This document shows, in pieces, positions 16,671 through 27,300 of a DNA stretch of 32,937 nucleotides. Below the pieces are notes generated by a model, which was not told the DNA's origin, searched no databases, and was given only the letters and a program-made list of their open reading frames with translations. How positions within the stretch are numbered: the first letter of the stretch is position 1; the number at the start of each line of letters is the position of its first letter. Source of the DNA: Saprospiraceae bacterium (GTDB taxonomy: Bacteria; Bacteroidota; Bacteroidia; Chitinophagales; Saprospiraceae); NCBI GenBank assembly GCA_041600595.1, contig JBFIJS010000001.1, forward strand, positions 1-32,937. The letters run 5' to 3'. Both the position numbers and the translations under genes were made by a program.

Positions 16671-17105
16671 GCTTTTCCTTTTACTTAGAGAAAATGAAGG
16701 AATAGTTCTCTCATTTTAAAATTTTATGAAAGAAAGCCGTGTGTTTCGCTTTGGATAGTTCTATGGATGGATTATCTAAAAAAGGTGAGGCTTTTGGGTT
16801 ACTGTTTTTTCAAAAAGTTCCGCAATTTATGGCTAATAGAACGGATTGTCAAGGCCAGGTAATGAGATTGGCAAAATAAAAACCTTTAAAATATTGTAAA
16901 TCAGCGTTTTACGTATTTAAGAGGGGCAAAAAAAATCGTGTACTTTACGCTTATCGGTTTTTAGGGGGAGCAAATGACCGTTGGTAGCGGGTGTATTTTA
17001 GTGGAAATATTTGATAGCCAGGCCGTTGACGTCGAATGAGTAACAATAATCTTGCAATAACATGGGCGGAATGTAGAGGGAGGGCTCTCCCGACAAGCGC
17101 TATTA

Positions 17106-17135
17106 ACGGGTGCTATACAGACGGGTGCTATACAG
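17106..17135. repeat. Perfect tandem duplication, 15 bp x 2
   Basis: ACGGGTGCTATACAG at 17106-17120 is repeated exactly at 17121-17135, inside a 528-bp gene-free gap. Confidence 0.9.
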
Positions 17136-17198
17136 AACAGTAAGCGGTCGTTTACCGTAAAAGGATAGAGTGGTACGTTGAACTGTGAAGTATTTATT

Positions 17199-18236
17199 TC
17201 AATACTTGATGACTGGAGCAGACGGCATAGGTACCGGGTCAGACTCTTCTGCATAGACGTCGTCGAGAAAGCCTTGCTCTCTCATCCAATGGTCATTGAA
17301 TACTTTACCCAAATATTTACTACCGTGATCAGGAAGAATAATAACGACAATATCATCAGCGGTGAACTCTTCGCTTATTTGCATCAATGCCTGTATGCCT
17401 CCACCGCTTGAGTAGCCGGCGAGAATACCCTCCATTAATGCCAGTTCCCGGGCTCGTAAAGCTGCATCTTTATCGGTTATCTTGACGAATTTATCAACCA
17501 GTTCAAATGCGCAGTTGGCGGGGATAATGTTTTTACCTGTGCCTTCTATGAGATAGGAATAGATTTCATTTTCATCATATTCACCAGTCTCATGATATTT
17601 TTTTAAAGCCGAACCATAGGCATCTACCCCGATTACTCTCACTTCTGGATTCATCTCTTTGAGATATTGGGCCGTACCGGATAAAGTACCTCCGGTGCCG
17701 GCGCTGGCGATGAGGCAGGTTATCTTACCTTCGGTTTGATTCCAGATCTCGGGACCGGTAGATAAATAGTGAGCCCGGGCGTTTTGTGTATTAAAATTTT
17801 GATTGACGTATAGAGAGTTTTTGATCTCTCTTGCTTTCCTTTCGGCTACGCGATAGTAAGAGCGGGGGTCATCTGCTTTTGCCTCTTTCGGGCAAACAAT
17901 GACTTCAGCCCCCATGGCTTCCAGGGAATCTTTCTTTTCTTTTGATATTTTACTGGTGACGGTGAGTACGCATTTGTAGCCTTTAATGGCTGCTATCATG
18001 GCCAAACTGAAGCCGGTATTGCCGCTGGTTGCCTCAATGATTGTTCCATTGGGTTTCAACCTTCCACTTTTTTCAGCCTCTTCGATCATATGAAGAGCGA
18101 TACGGTCTTTCGCAGATTGGCCCGGGTTAAACCCTTCCACTTTTACATATACGGTCGGTGCAAGTCCCTGTGTTATTTTGTTGAGCCGGATAAGTGGCGT
18201 TTGCCCGATGGTTTCCAAGATGCTGTTGTATGTCAT
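17199..18236 (-). CDS. PLP-dependent cysteine synthase / cystathionine beta-synthase family enzyme (no CBS domains)
   Basis: 345 aa with the PLP-lysine motif NPGQSAKDR, SGNTG, and the glycine loop SAGTGGTLSG. Confidence 0.85.
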   Translation of the reverse strand: MTYNSILETIGQTPLIRLNKITQGLAPTVYVKVEGFNPGQSAKDRIALHMIEEAEKSGRLKPNGTIIEATSGNTGFSLAMIAAIKGYKCVLTVTSKISKEKKDSLEAMGAEVIVCPKEAKADDPRSYYRVAERKAREIKNSLYVNQNFNTQNARAHYLSTGPEIWNQTEGKITCLIASAGTGGTLSGTAQYLKEMNPEVRVIGVDAYGSALKKYHETGEYDENEIYSYLIEGTGKNIIPANCAFELVDKFVKITDKDAALRARELALMEGILAGYSSGGGIQALMQISEEFTADDIVVIILPDHGSKYLGKVFNDHWMREQGFLDDVYAEESDPVPMPSAPVIKY

Positions 18237-18276
18237 AGACTATGGATTTTTTCCGTAGTTTTTTCCAGTTAGACCG

Positions 18277-18284
18277 CAAATATA
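18277..18284 (-). promoter_or_regulatory. -7 promoter box TATATTTG (reverse strand) for the cysteine synthase-family gene
   Basis: The + strand reads CAAATATA, the reverse complement of TAnnTTTG, about 40 nt upstream of the ATG at 18236. Confidence 0.4.
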
Positions 18285-18414
18285 AAAGAATGCCATTTAA
18301 GCAATGCTTCAATTGCGATATATCTTCTAATATCAGGTGTTATTTAGAAAATTTTCAAAAAACGGGAAGGATATTCACGAAATTTTACGCAAGATCTAAT
18401 TTTTTTCCCCGCTT

Positions 18415-20514
18415 TTATGCCATCAGCTGATAGGTGATAAGGCTGCCAAAGTAGGCCAGGGCGCTCATGTAGATGAACTGGATCATTGCCCATTTCCAGC
18501 TGCCGGTTTCTCGTTTGACCACAGCAAGTGTACTCATACACTGCATGGCAAAAACGTAGAAAATAAGCAACGAGAGCGAAGTGGCCGCTGAGTAAACCTT
18601 GGCTCCTGTAACGGGGTTTCTGGCAGCATCAAGTTTGTCACGGATCGTTTGTTCGTCTTCGGTGCTGCCGATGCTATAGATGGTGGCCATCGTGCCGACA
18701 AATACTTCCCTGGCAGCAAAGGAGGTGATGAGGGCAATTCCTATTTTCCAGTCGAAGCCCAACGGCCTGATGGCGGGTTCGATGGCTTTTCCGAGGTGAC
18801 CGGCAAAGGAAGCTTCGATTTTTTTTGCCGCGATCAGGTCTGCGGTCGCTTTTTCATCCAAAGATTGTTCTTCGGCGGTGTAGCGGGCATCGGTCTCTGC
18901 AGCTGACATGGCCTGCTGCGGGCCATAACTGGCCAAAAACCACAAAATGACGCTTATAACCATGATCACCTTTCCCGCTTCAATCACAAAGGCAGAGACT
19001 TTTTCGATAATGTTTTGCCAGATATTCCTCCAAACCGGCCACCGATAATTGGGCAGTTCCATCATCAAAAAGGATTGTTCATTGCTCTTAAGAATCATTT
19101 TAAAAACAAAAGCAGAAACGAAAGCAGCCACGATGCCCAACAGATACAACCCCATGAACGCAAGTCCCTGCAAATTAAAAATTCCGGCTACCGTTTTCGA
19201 CGGAATCACAAAGCCGATAAGGACTGCGTAAACCGGTATTCTTGCCGAACAACTGATCAGAGGGGTTACCATAATGGTAATCAGTCGTTCTTTCCAGTTG
19301 CTAATTGTTCGGGTAGACATGACCGCCGGAATCGCACAGGCGCCTCCCGAAATCAGCGCAACTACACTTCTTCCGTTCAACCCGAACTGCTGCATGAGTT
19401 TGTCAAATATAAAAACGGCCCGGGCCATATAACCTACCTCTTCCAGAATGCTGATGAGGAAGAATAAAATGGCTATTTGAGGAATGAAAACCAAAATACC
19501 CCCTAAACCCGCCAGGACTCCTTCGGTCAACAGGTCGGTCAACCAACCGGCCGGCAAGATATCACTGGCAAATTGTCCAAGTGAAGTGAAAAAGCCTTCG
19601 ATCCAATCCATCGGGTAGGCAGCCCAGGCAAAAATGGCCTGAAAAACGAGCAGCATGACTAAAAAGAAGATCAGGGGAGCAAAAAACTGGTGGGTCAATA
19701 CAGCGTCTATCTTATCAGTTAAGGTGGTTTGACCCGGCGCGTTGGTTATCGCCTTTTTAGCCATTGGAGCAAACCGGTCAAACCGGCGCATAGTCTCCTT
19801 TATTTGCAAAGCAAGATTCTCGAACCCACCTTCCTGGCAAGCATCCCCGATTTGCTTCTTTTCCTCTTTGCTTAAAAAAGGCAGTGCCTGGTAGTGATGG
19901 GCTACCAATTTGTTCAGATAAAGGTTCTTGTGACCCGTGATGGAGGCGGTTTGCTGTGCTATTTTTTTTTCAGCTGCGCTAAACTCATAAAATGGTTCAG
20001 CTACTCTGCCCGGCTTCTCCAGGAGCCGGACGATTTCGGACTGCAGCATTTCTATATTGTCGCCGGTACGGCCACTGACCGTGACTACCGGTATGTTCAG
20101 GAATGCTGCCAACTGATTTGTATCCACCGTTATACTTTGCTTTTCGGCAACGTCGGACATGCTCAGCGCCAAAAGACAGGGAATGCCCAAATCCAGTATT
20201 TGGGTTAATAAAAGCAGGTGCTTCTCCAAGTTGGTAACATCGGCGACGTAAACGATGGCGTCAGGGTAGTTTTCGTCGGAAGGATTGGAAAGGACATTCA
20301 GGACAATGCGCTCGTCCATGGAGGTGGGAAAAAGACTGTAAGTGCCCGGAAAGTCAAATAAATCTGCAGTCGTTCCATTGGGAAGGGGCAGTTTTCCGGA
20401 TTTTTTTTCGACCGTCACACCGGGGAAATTTCCCGTTTTTTGGCGCAGCCCGGTCAGTTTATTGAATAGAGAGGATTTGCCGCTGTTTGGGTTGCCAACA
20501 AGTGCTATTATCAT
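18415..20514 (-). CDS. feoB: Ferrous iron transport protein B
   Basis: 699 aa with an N-terminal G domain (GNPNSGKSSLFN, DFPGTYSL) followed by a polytopic membrane domain. Confidence 0.92.
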   Translation of the reverse strand: MIIALVGNPNSGKSSLFNKLTGLRQKTGNFPGVTVEKKSGKLPLPNGTTADLFDFPGTYSLFPTSMDERIVLNVLSNPSDENYPDAIVYVADVTNLEKHLLLLTQILDLGIPCLLALSMSDVAEKQSITVDTNQLAAFLNIPVVTVSGRTGDNIEMLQSEIVRLLEKPGRVAEPFYEFSAAEKKIAQQTASITGHKNLYLNKLVAHHYQALPFLSKEEKKQIGDACQEGGFENLALQIKETMRRFDRFAPMAKKAITNAPGQTTLTDKIDAVLTHQFFAPLIFFLVMLLVFQAIFAWAAYPMDWIEGFFTSLGQFASDILPAGWLTDLLTEGVLAGLGGILVFIPQIAILFFLISILEEVGYMARAVFIFDKLMQQFGLNGRSVVALISGGACAIPAVMSTRTISNWKERLITIMVTPLISCSARIPVYAVLIGFVIPSKTVAGIFNLQGLAFMGLYLLGIVAAFVSAFVFKMILKSNEQSFLMMELPNYRWPVWRNIWQNIIEKVSAFVIEAGKVIMVISVILWFLASYGPQQAMSAAETDARYTAEEQSLDEKATADLIAAKKIEASFAGHLGKAIEPAIRPLGFDWKIGIALITSFAAREVFVGTMATIYSIGSTEDEQTIRDKLDAARNPVTGAKVYSAATSLSLLIFYVFAMQCMSTLAVVKRETGSWKWAMIQFIYMSALAYFGSLITYQLMA

Positions 20515-20553
20515 GTTTAGTCAGTGGGTCAGGAGGCTTATTAATCCAAAAGA

Positions 20554-20778
20554 TTATAGTGATAGAATGATGGTGGCGGCTTCCTGATAACGGAGGACAA
20601 TGTTGCCACCATCTATCTTTAGGTAAATGCCTCCCTTGAAAGGTGCTTTCCTGACAACATGAACCATACTGCCGGGAAGTATTCCCATTGTAATTAATTT
20701 GCCAGCTATGATGTCGTCAATAAAATAGGCTATTTTACCCTGCATGCCGACTTTTAGAGTTGTTAAAGGGCTGTTCAT
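20554..20778 (-). CDS. feoA: Ferrous iron transport protein A
   Basis: 74 aa, SH3-like FeoA pattern (L..L..G..G.I......KL...GI.PG) directly upstream of feoB. Confidence 0.85.
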   Translation of the reverse strand: MNSPLTTLKVGMQGKIAYFIDDIIAGKLITMGILPGSMVHVVRKAPFKGGIYLKIDGGNIVLRYQEAATIILSL

Positions 20779-20982
20779 TTTTTAATGATCTTAAATCAGC
20801 CTGCTTTTTTCGGGCATGATGAGCTATCTGCGTCCCATAGTTAAGTAAAAGTACACCTTGAGCTACCTCATTCATTTGGCGGGTGTTCAGCTTGCAGTTA
20901 TGATCGATCCTTGCCCTTAAAAAATGTTGCTGCTTTATAATAAGGAACATAGTTATCCTTATTTAGATTTAATTCAGACAAT

Positions 20983-20990
20983 CAAAGTTA
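20983..20990 (-). promoter_or_regulatory. -7 promoter box TAACTTTG (reverse strand), candidate feoAB promoter
   Basis: The + strand reads CAAAGTTA. It lies about 205 nt upstream of the feoA ATG. A partial Fur-box-like GATAATGA lies just upstream at 21003-21010. Confidence 0.3.
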
Positions 20991-21088
20991 GAGTGTTAGG
21001 TTGATAATGAGGCAGCATTTTGTCACTTTAATCATAATTTGGGAGTAAATACGTACCTAATATTTGGTAGCCAGCGGCCAGCGGTCTC

Positions 21089-22120
21089 TTAGCTAAACGG
21101 TAGAACGGCCGGTGCCAGCCCATTCTTGCTGCTCCGTATAAATTGCTCCCCGGTTTCTTTTATAGTTTGTTCGATAGGCGTATACCTGACAGGTACAGCT
21201 GCCAGCGACTTGTCGTTTTTATAAAAAAAAGTTCTTGCTGAATAGCGTGCGGTTTGCTTGGTTATAAAGGGTGCATTTCCGGTGATTTTTGAAAGTAACC
21301 AAGCCACTCGCCAGGCCGTTTCCCGAATAAGAGGATTGACTTCGATAAAGGGCCGGCGTACCCGTAGTACATCAGCGATTTTGAACAAGACTTGTTTAAA
21401 AGGAAGGTTTTCACCGTTTAAAATAAAACGTTGGTTGCTGATGTCGCTTTCCATAAGGAAATGCATAAACCTTGCGACGTCCCTCACGTCAACAAAACCG
21501 GTCGTGCCTCTGGGGTAGAAAGGCATTCCTTTCCATACCCTGGTAAAAAATTCACTGGTTGAAGTCCTGCCTTCCCAAAAGCCGCTTCCCAAAACGTTGG
21601 AAGGGTTCACGATCACAGCATTCAGCCCTTCGGCGATGCCCCGCCACACTTCCATCTCTGCCAGGTGTTTGCTGATGGCATAGGGGCTGTTCCAGTTGTT
21701 GCGTTGCCATTTGGTGTCTTCGTTGATTATGTTTTCGTTTTTATGGCGGCCAATGGCAGCAATGGAACTCACATGCAGCAGCTTTTCAACGTTCAATGCC
21801 AGGGCAATGTTGATGACATTGGCGGTACCTTCCTGATTAATGCGGATCATTTGGGCCGAATTGCCCTGATGAAAGGAAACCAGGGCCGCACAATGGTACA
21901 CTTTGGAAATGCCTTGCATGGCATCCTCTAAAGAAGTTGTATCCAGCAAGTCTCCCTCCACCCATTCTACTTGGTCTTCGGTGCCGGCAACCAGGTCCAT
22001 GGGGCTGGCAGGCCTCCTCAGGGCGCGGATACTTGATTCACCCTTTTGGATCAGGTAGTGCAGCAGATAGGCACCGATAAAGCCTGTTGCACCGGTAATT
22101 AGTATTTTTTTTTTCACCAT
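21089..22120 (-). CDS. NAD-dependent epimerase/dehydratase family protein (extended SDR)
   Basis: The ORF track starts at 22156. I prefer the ATG at 22120, which gives MVKKKILITGATGFIGAYLL (Rossmann motif). A YxxxK-type motif, PYAISKHLAE, is present. Confidence 0.85.
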   Translation of the reverse strand: MVKKKILITGATGFIGAYLLHYLIQKGESSIRALRRPASPMDLVAGTEDQVEWVEGDLLDTTSLEDAMQGISKVYHCAALVSFHQGNSAQMIRINQEGTANVINIALALNVEKLLHVSSIAAIGRHKNENIINEDTKWQRNNWNSPYAISKHLAEMEVWRGIAEGLNAVIVNPSNVLGSGFWEGRTSTSEFFTRVWKGMPFYPRGTTGFVDVRDVARFMHFLMESDISNQRFILNGENLPFKQVLFKIADVLRVRRPFIEVNPLIRETAWRVAWLLSKITGNAPFITKQTARYSARTFFYKNDKSLAAVPVRYTPIEQTIKETGEQFIRSSKNGLAPAVLPFS

Positions 22121-22184
22121 AAAAAGAAGAAGGCATATGAGGAACTGTAGGCTCAACCCTCTGATTTGGCCCTGGCCGGACGTT

Positions 22185-22192
22185 CAAAGTTA
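22185..22192 (-). promoter_or_regulatory. -7 promoter box TAACTTTG (reverse strand) for the SDR gene
   Basis: The + strand reads CAAAGTTA, about 65 nt upstream of the ATG at 22120. Confidence 0.4.
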
Positions 22193-22471
22193 AATCCCTG
22201 GTCCTTCAACAGCTGGCACAAATATAGGTTGTGCAGCCAGTAGCTGGCTGCAAGAGGAAAGATTTGATTATCGTTCTGCTCAGAACAAAATCAAGAAGAT
22301 GGTTGATCAAAAAGCTGTTGAAACGTCTGTACAACTGAACAGACACCGCTACCCAACCAGCGAGTAGCTCTAATGAAGAAATAGTGTTTCAATGGGAAAA
22401 TAAATGTAAAGAAGGGATGAGGATAAAATTGAGTGTTCTCTTAGCCTGCTTTCAAAATACAACACAGTGGC

Positions 22472-22573
22472 TTAATACCACTTCCTGGTAGTTTTCTGTG
22501 CGGTGAAATTGGCAATGAGGATGACAACCCCTCCGATCATAAAAGCTCCTGTAGCAATGTAGAGTAGTAACAT
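22472..22573 (-). CDS. Candidate 33-aa single-pass membrane peptide
   Basis: Hand translation gives MLLLYIATGAFMIGGVVILIANFTAQKTTRKWY, one hydrophobic helix plus a basic tail. The ATG is preceded by the A-rich run CAAAAAAAACGAAAAAACT. It is below the ORF-track cutoff and no promoter box was found. Confidence 0.3.
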   Translation of the reverse strand: MLLLYIATGAFMIGGVVILIANFTAQKTTRKWY

Positions 22574-22893
22574 AGTTTTTTCGTTTTTTTTGTGAATTGA
22601 TTGGTTCTTACAAGACTTATTCGTTTGAAATTAATGGTGCTTCAGGGTGCGAACGCAAATAGTTTTCGGACTAAATTGGTTTAACAGATTTGGAGATAAG
22701 AATTTCTACTACTTCGTTTGGATATACCGGGTGGGACCGTTCTGTTGTGAATGAGGCGGCTAAGATCAAAAAAAAAATATTTCCAAAAAAATTTCCTGTG
22801 GATAATTATGCGAAAAACCATATTTATTTACAAAAAGCACCCTGTTGGTCTTTCTTTAATCTTCCAGTAAAATAAATACATAAGATGTCTTCG

Positions 22894-24318
22894 TCAGTGC
22901 GAAGAGAGGAAGTTACAGACAGCATGAGCTGCTTCCCGGCCTTCGGCGATAGCCCATACGACCAGGGACTGGCCTCTTCTCATATCGCCGGCCGTAAATA
23001 TTTTTTCGTGGTTGGTGCGGTAATTTTCATCTGCCACATTTCCCCTTTGATCTACCGCAATGCCCAGCTGCTCAAGCATTCCTTCAAATTGTGGCCGGAC
23101 GAATCCAACCGCCAGGAGCGCCAGGTCGCAGGGGATGTCTCTTTCGGTGCCGGGTACTTCTTCAAAGCCGTGGCTGCCATCATCCTTTTTTTGCCATTGG
23201 ATATCGGTAATGCGAAGTGCCTTTAAGTGGCCATTATCATCGCCGATAAATGCTTTGGTGAGCTGAGCCCATTGCCGGTCGCAGCCTTCCTCGTGGCTGG
23301 AAGAGTTGCGGAGCATCATAGGCCAGAGCGGCCAGGGGGTGTCTTCGTGGCGTTGAGCGGGTGGTTTTGCTAATAATTCGATCTGTGTGATCGACGCAGC
23401 ACCGTGCCGGTTGGAAGTGCCTACACAATCCGATCCTGTGTCACCACCTCCGATTACAACAACGTGTTTGTTTTTTGCTGAAATGAGTTGCGCAGCAGCA
23501 TTTTTATCGCCGGCAACATGGCGGTTGTTTTTTTCTAAAAAATCCATGGCGAAATGCACCCCCTTTAGCTTCCTGCCGGGCAGGGGCAGGTCTCTGGGAA
23601 TGGTGGCTCCTCCGCAAAGCAGGACAGCATCGTTTTCGCTGACCAGTTCTCCGGGATCGATGTTTTCGCCGACGTTGGCATTGGTTTTAAAAACAACACC
23701 TTCCTCTTGCATAATCTCGATTCGACGGTCTACGACCCATTTTTCCAGTTTGAAATCGGGGATGCCGTAGCGAAGCAAACCACCGATACGGTCGTTTCTT
23801 TCGTAAACAATGACCTGGTGACCGGCTTCGTTCAGTTGTGCTGCTGCTGCGAGGCCTGCCGGTCCTGACCCAACGACAGCTACCTTCTTACCGGTTCGTT
23901 GCTGAGGTGGGCGCGGTTGGATGTACCCTTTCTCGAAAGCTGTTTCGGCAATTGTTTTTTCAATGTGCTCTATGGCAACCGGAGGTTGGTTGATACCAAG
24001 TACACAAGCTGATTCGCAGGGGGCCGGACAAATGCGGCCCGTGAATTCGGGAAAATTGTTGGTCTCCAACAGGATGTCGGTCGCCTCTTTCCAGTCGTTC
24101 CGGTAAACGGCATCGTTGAATTCGGGGATGATGTTGCCCAGCGGACAGCCGCTGTGGCAAAAAGGCACACCACAGTCCATACAGCGGGCAGCTTGCTCCT
24201 GTGTTTTCTCAACAGGGAATTCTACATAGATTTCTTCGTAATCATTGACACGTTCCGCAGGTGGTCGGGAAGGTGGCAGTTCTCTGGTGTGTTGTAAAAA
24301 TCCTTTTGGATGGCCCAT
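22894..24318 (-). CDS. gltD: Glutamate synthase (NADPH) small subunit
   Basis: 474 aa with Cys clusters CMDCGVPFCHSGCPLGN and CPAPCESAC, and dinucleotide motifs VAVVGSGPAGLAAA and VVVIGGGDTGSDC. Confidence 0.92.
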   Translation of the reverse strand: MGHPKGFLQHTRELPPSRPPAERVNDYEEIYVEFPVEKTQEQAARCMDCGVPFCHSGCPLGNIIPEFNDAVYRNDWKEATDILLETNNFPEFTGRICPAPCESACVLGINQPPVAIEHIEKTIAETAFEKGYIQPRPPQQRTGKKVAVVGSGPAGLAAAAQLNEAGHQVIVYERNDRIGGLLRYGIPDFKLEKWVVDRRIEIMQEEGVVFKTNANVGENIDPGELVSENDAVLLCGGATIPRDLPLPGRKLKGVHFAMDFLEKNNRHVAGDKNAAAQLISAKNKHVVVIGGGDTGSDCVGTSNRHGAASITQIELLAKPPAQRHEDTPWPLWPMMLRNSSSHEEGCDRQWAQLTKAFIGDDNGHLKALRITDIQWQKKDDGSHGFEEVPGTERDIPCDLALLAVGFVRPQFEGMLEQLGIAVDQRGNVADENYRTNHEKIFTAGDMRRGQSLVVWAIAEGREAAHAVCNFLSSH

Positions 24319-24338
24319 ACTACTGTAGTGAGTTTTAG

Positions 24339-27300
24339 TTATTGAGAAATGGTAGTTTCCTGAATGGCGCCCGCTTCTGGTTGCTGGAAATCCGATTGCT
24401 GCTCTTTCAATACTCGTTTAAAGTCTTTTGGCATAACCTTGATGAAATACTGTTGCTGTTTCCTCCAGTCGTTGAGGATGGAAAGAGCCAGGTTGCTGCC
24501 GGTGTAGCGGAAGTGGTCTCTGACGAGTTTTCTGACAGCCTCCAAGTCTTTTTTGTCTAAGGGGTCAAGGTCGACCATTTGCAAATTGCAGTTGCGCTCG
24601 AAGTTGTTTTCAGGATCAAATATAAATGCCATGCCGCCGCTCATGCCGGCCGCAAAATTTTTACCTGTTTCTCCCAACACCACTACACAACCCCCGGTCA
24701 TGTATTCGCAGCCATGGTCGCCGACTCCCTCGACTACGGCATTGGCCCCCGAGTTGCGGACGGCAAAACGTTCGCCTGCGATACCGCGGATGAATACCTC
24801 TCCGGAGGTAGCCCCAAATAATGCGACGTTTCCGATGATGGTATTTTCTGCGGGTATAAAATGCAAAGGGTTGGTTTCGCGGTCGGGTACAACGATCAGA
24901 CGGCCGCCGGAAAGGCCCTTGCCAAAATAATCGTTGGATTCACCTTCCAGTACGAAGTGAATGCCCCTCACGCCAAAAGCACCAAAACTTTGTCCGGCAG
25001 AGCCTCTGAACCGGAAATATAAAGAACCTTCCAGCAAGCCTTCCGCCCCGTACTTTTTGGTGATTTCATTGGACAATAAGGTGCCAACGGCCCGGTCTAC
25101 ATTTTTAATAGGTAAAATGCTTTCCATGTGGTTGCGGTGGCGGATAGCTCCTTTGGCAAGGTTGAGCAGCCGCCAGTCGAGAATGTTTTCCAGTCCGTGG
25201 TCCTGCTCTACCATTTTGTATTGACCAACGGCCTCGTCGGCTGGTTCCTGGTGAAGCAGAGGGGATAGATCGAGGTGCTTGTATTTTGGATGACCGGTTA
25301 GGGGTTTGATTTTCAGGCGGTCTGTTTTTCCGATCATTTCGTTTACCGTCCGGAAGCCAAGGGAGGCCATTATTTCCCGAAGATCCTGGGCCAGGAATGT
25401 GAAGAAGTTGACAATGTGTTGCGGGTCTGCGTCAAAACGTTTCCGCAACTCGGGGTCTTGGGTAGCAATGCCGACGGGGCAGGTGTTCAGGTGGCATTTT
25501 CGCATCAGGATACAACCTTCAACAACGAGGGCAGCGGTGGCAACGCCCCATTCTTCTGCTCCCAGGAGTGCGGCAACGGCAATGTCTTTCCCCGTTCGCA
25601 TCTGGCCATCGGCCTGAAGTACCACGCGGTCCCGCAATTTATTTTTCACCAATGTCTGGTGCGACTCCGCCACGCCTAATTCCCAGGGTAACCCGGCATG
25701 CCGCACTGAGGTCAACGGTGAAGCGCCTGTTCCGCCATCGTGCCCGGCAATGAGAATGACATCAGCGTGTGCTTTTGCAACCCCGGAAGCAATCACCCCA
25801 ACCCCTGCTTTCGATACCAGTTTGACATTGATGCGGGCCTGTCGGTTAGCGTTTTTCAGATCAAAAATGAGCTGAGCCAGGTCTTCTATGGAGTAAATAT
25901 CGTGGTGGGGAGGCGGAGAGATCAGTCCCACACCCGGAGTACTGTGTCGAACCCTGGCGATCCAGTTGTCCACCTTGTGGCCGGGTAGTTGCCCACCCTC
26001 ACCGGGCTTTGCTCCCTGCGCCATTTTAATTTGCAGTTCGTCGGCATTGGTTAAGTAATAGCTGGTGACGCCGAAGCGACCGGAGGCTACCTGCTTAATG
26101 GCGGAGCGTTCCCAGTCGCCATTTGGTTTTTTTTCAAAACGAATGGGGTCTTCACCGCCTTCACCACTGTTGCTTTTGGCTCCGATGCGATTCATGGCGA
26201 TGGCCAGCGTGCTGTGTGCTTCGTGTGAAATAGAGCCAAACGACATGGCTCCGGTGGCGAATCTTTTCAGTATGTTTTCAACGGGTTCGACCTCATGTAG
26301 TGGAATTGGTTGTTGTGTCTTAAAATCCAGCAGGCCTCGCAAAGTACAAGCCCGTTCGCTTTGTTCATTGATGATTTTGGTGTATTTCTTAAAAGCCTTA
26401 TAGTCATTTCTGCGGGTAGAATATTGTAGTAAATGAATGCTCTGTGGGTTGAAGAGGTGGTACTCGCCTTTACGCTTCCATTGGAATAGTCCGCCTACAT
26501 CCAGGTCGGAGGGTTGAGGATGGGAATTCTCCGTTGTGGGGTGCCAGTTTACCTGATAGTGTTTATCCAGCACTTCTTTAGCCATTTCATCAAACCCAAT
26601 TCCTTCAATACGACTGATGGCACCGGTGAAACATTTATCGACAACTTCCCTGCGGATGCCAAGTATTTCAAAAATCTGTGCGCCCTGATATGACTGCAAG
26701 GTGGAGATGCCGTTTTTCGACATGATTTTCAGCAAACCGCCGCCTACGGCTTTGGTGTAGTTTTTTACAGAAAACTTTTCGGTCACCCCCTGATAGCTGC
26801 CGTTCAGGTTCATTTTTTGTTCAGCGGCCATTTCCTTCACCGATTCGAGGGCTACATAAGGGTGAACAGCAGTAGCGCCGAAGCCGATCAGCGTTGCAAA
26901 ATGATGCGTTTCGAAAACATCACCGGCCTCAATGACGAGGGAAGTTGCAACGCGCAGGTTGGTGCGGGTGAGATGGTGGTGAACAGCCCCGGTAGCCAGC
27001 AAAGAGGGGATAGGAGCTCTGTTCGGCCCTGCCTTTTTATCAGATAAAATGAGAATGTTGTGCCCTGTGCGCGCAAACGCCTCTGCCTGTTCGCATACTT
27101 CGCCCAGACGTTTCTCCAAATCTCCAGGCGAATAGTCGGCAGGGAAAGTGATATCCAGCGATTCTACTTTAAAATGGGGGTGATAAATGTTTTTGATCTT
27201 GGCTATTTCCTCGTTATTCAGCAATGGTTGGTTGATCCGGATGAAACGGGCATGCTCCAGTCCCATGGTCAGCATATTGCCACAGCCAGCCAAACGCATG

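Noticed and set aside
16961-17254. 97-aa reverse-strand ORF in the gap upstream of the RsbW-like gene
   Set aside because: It overlaps the 3' end of the cysteine synthase-family gene. Its CIAPVCIAPV stretch is simply the translated 15-bp tandem duplication. It has no STAS-like or other motif.
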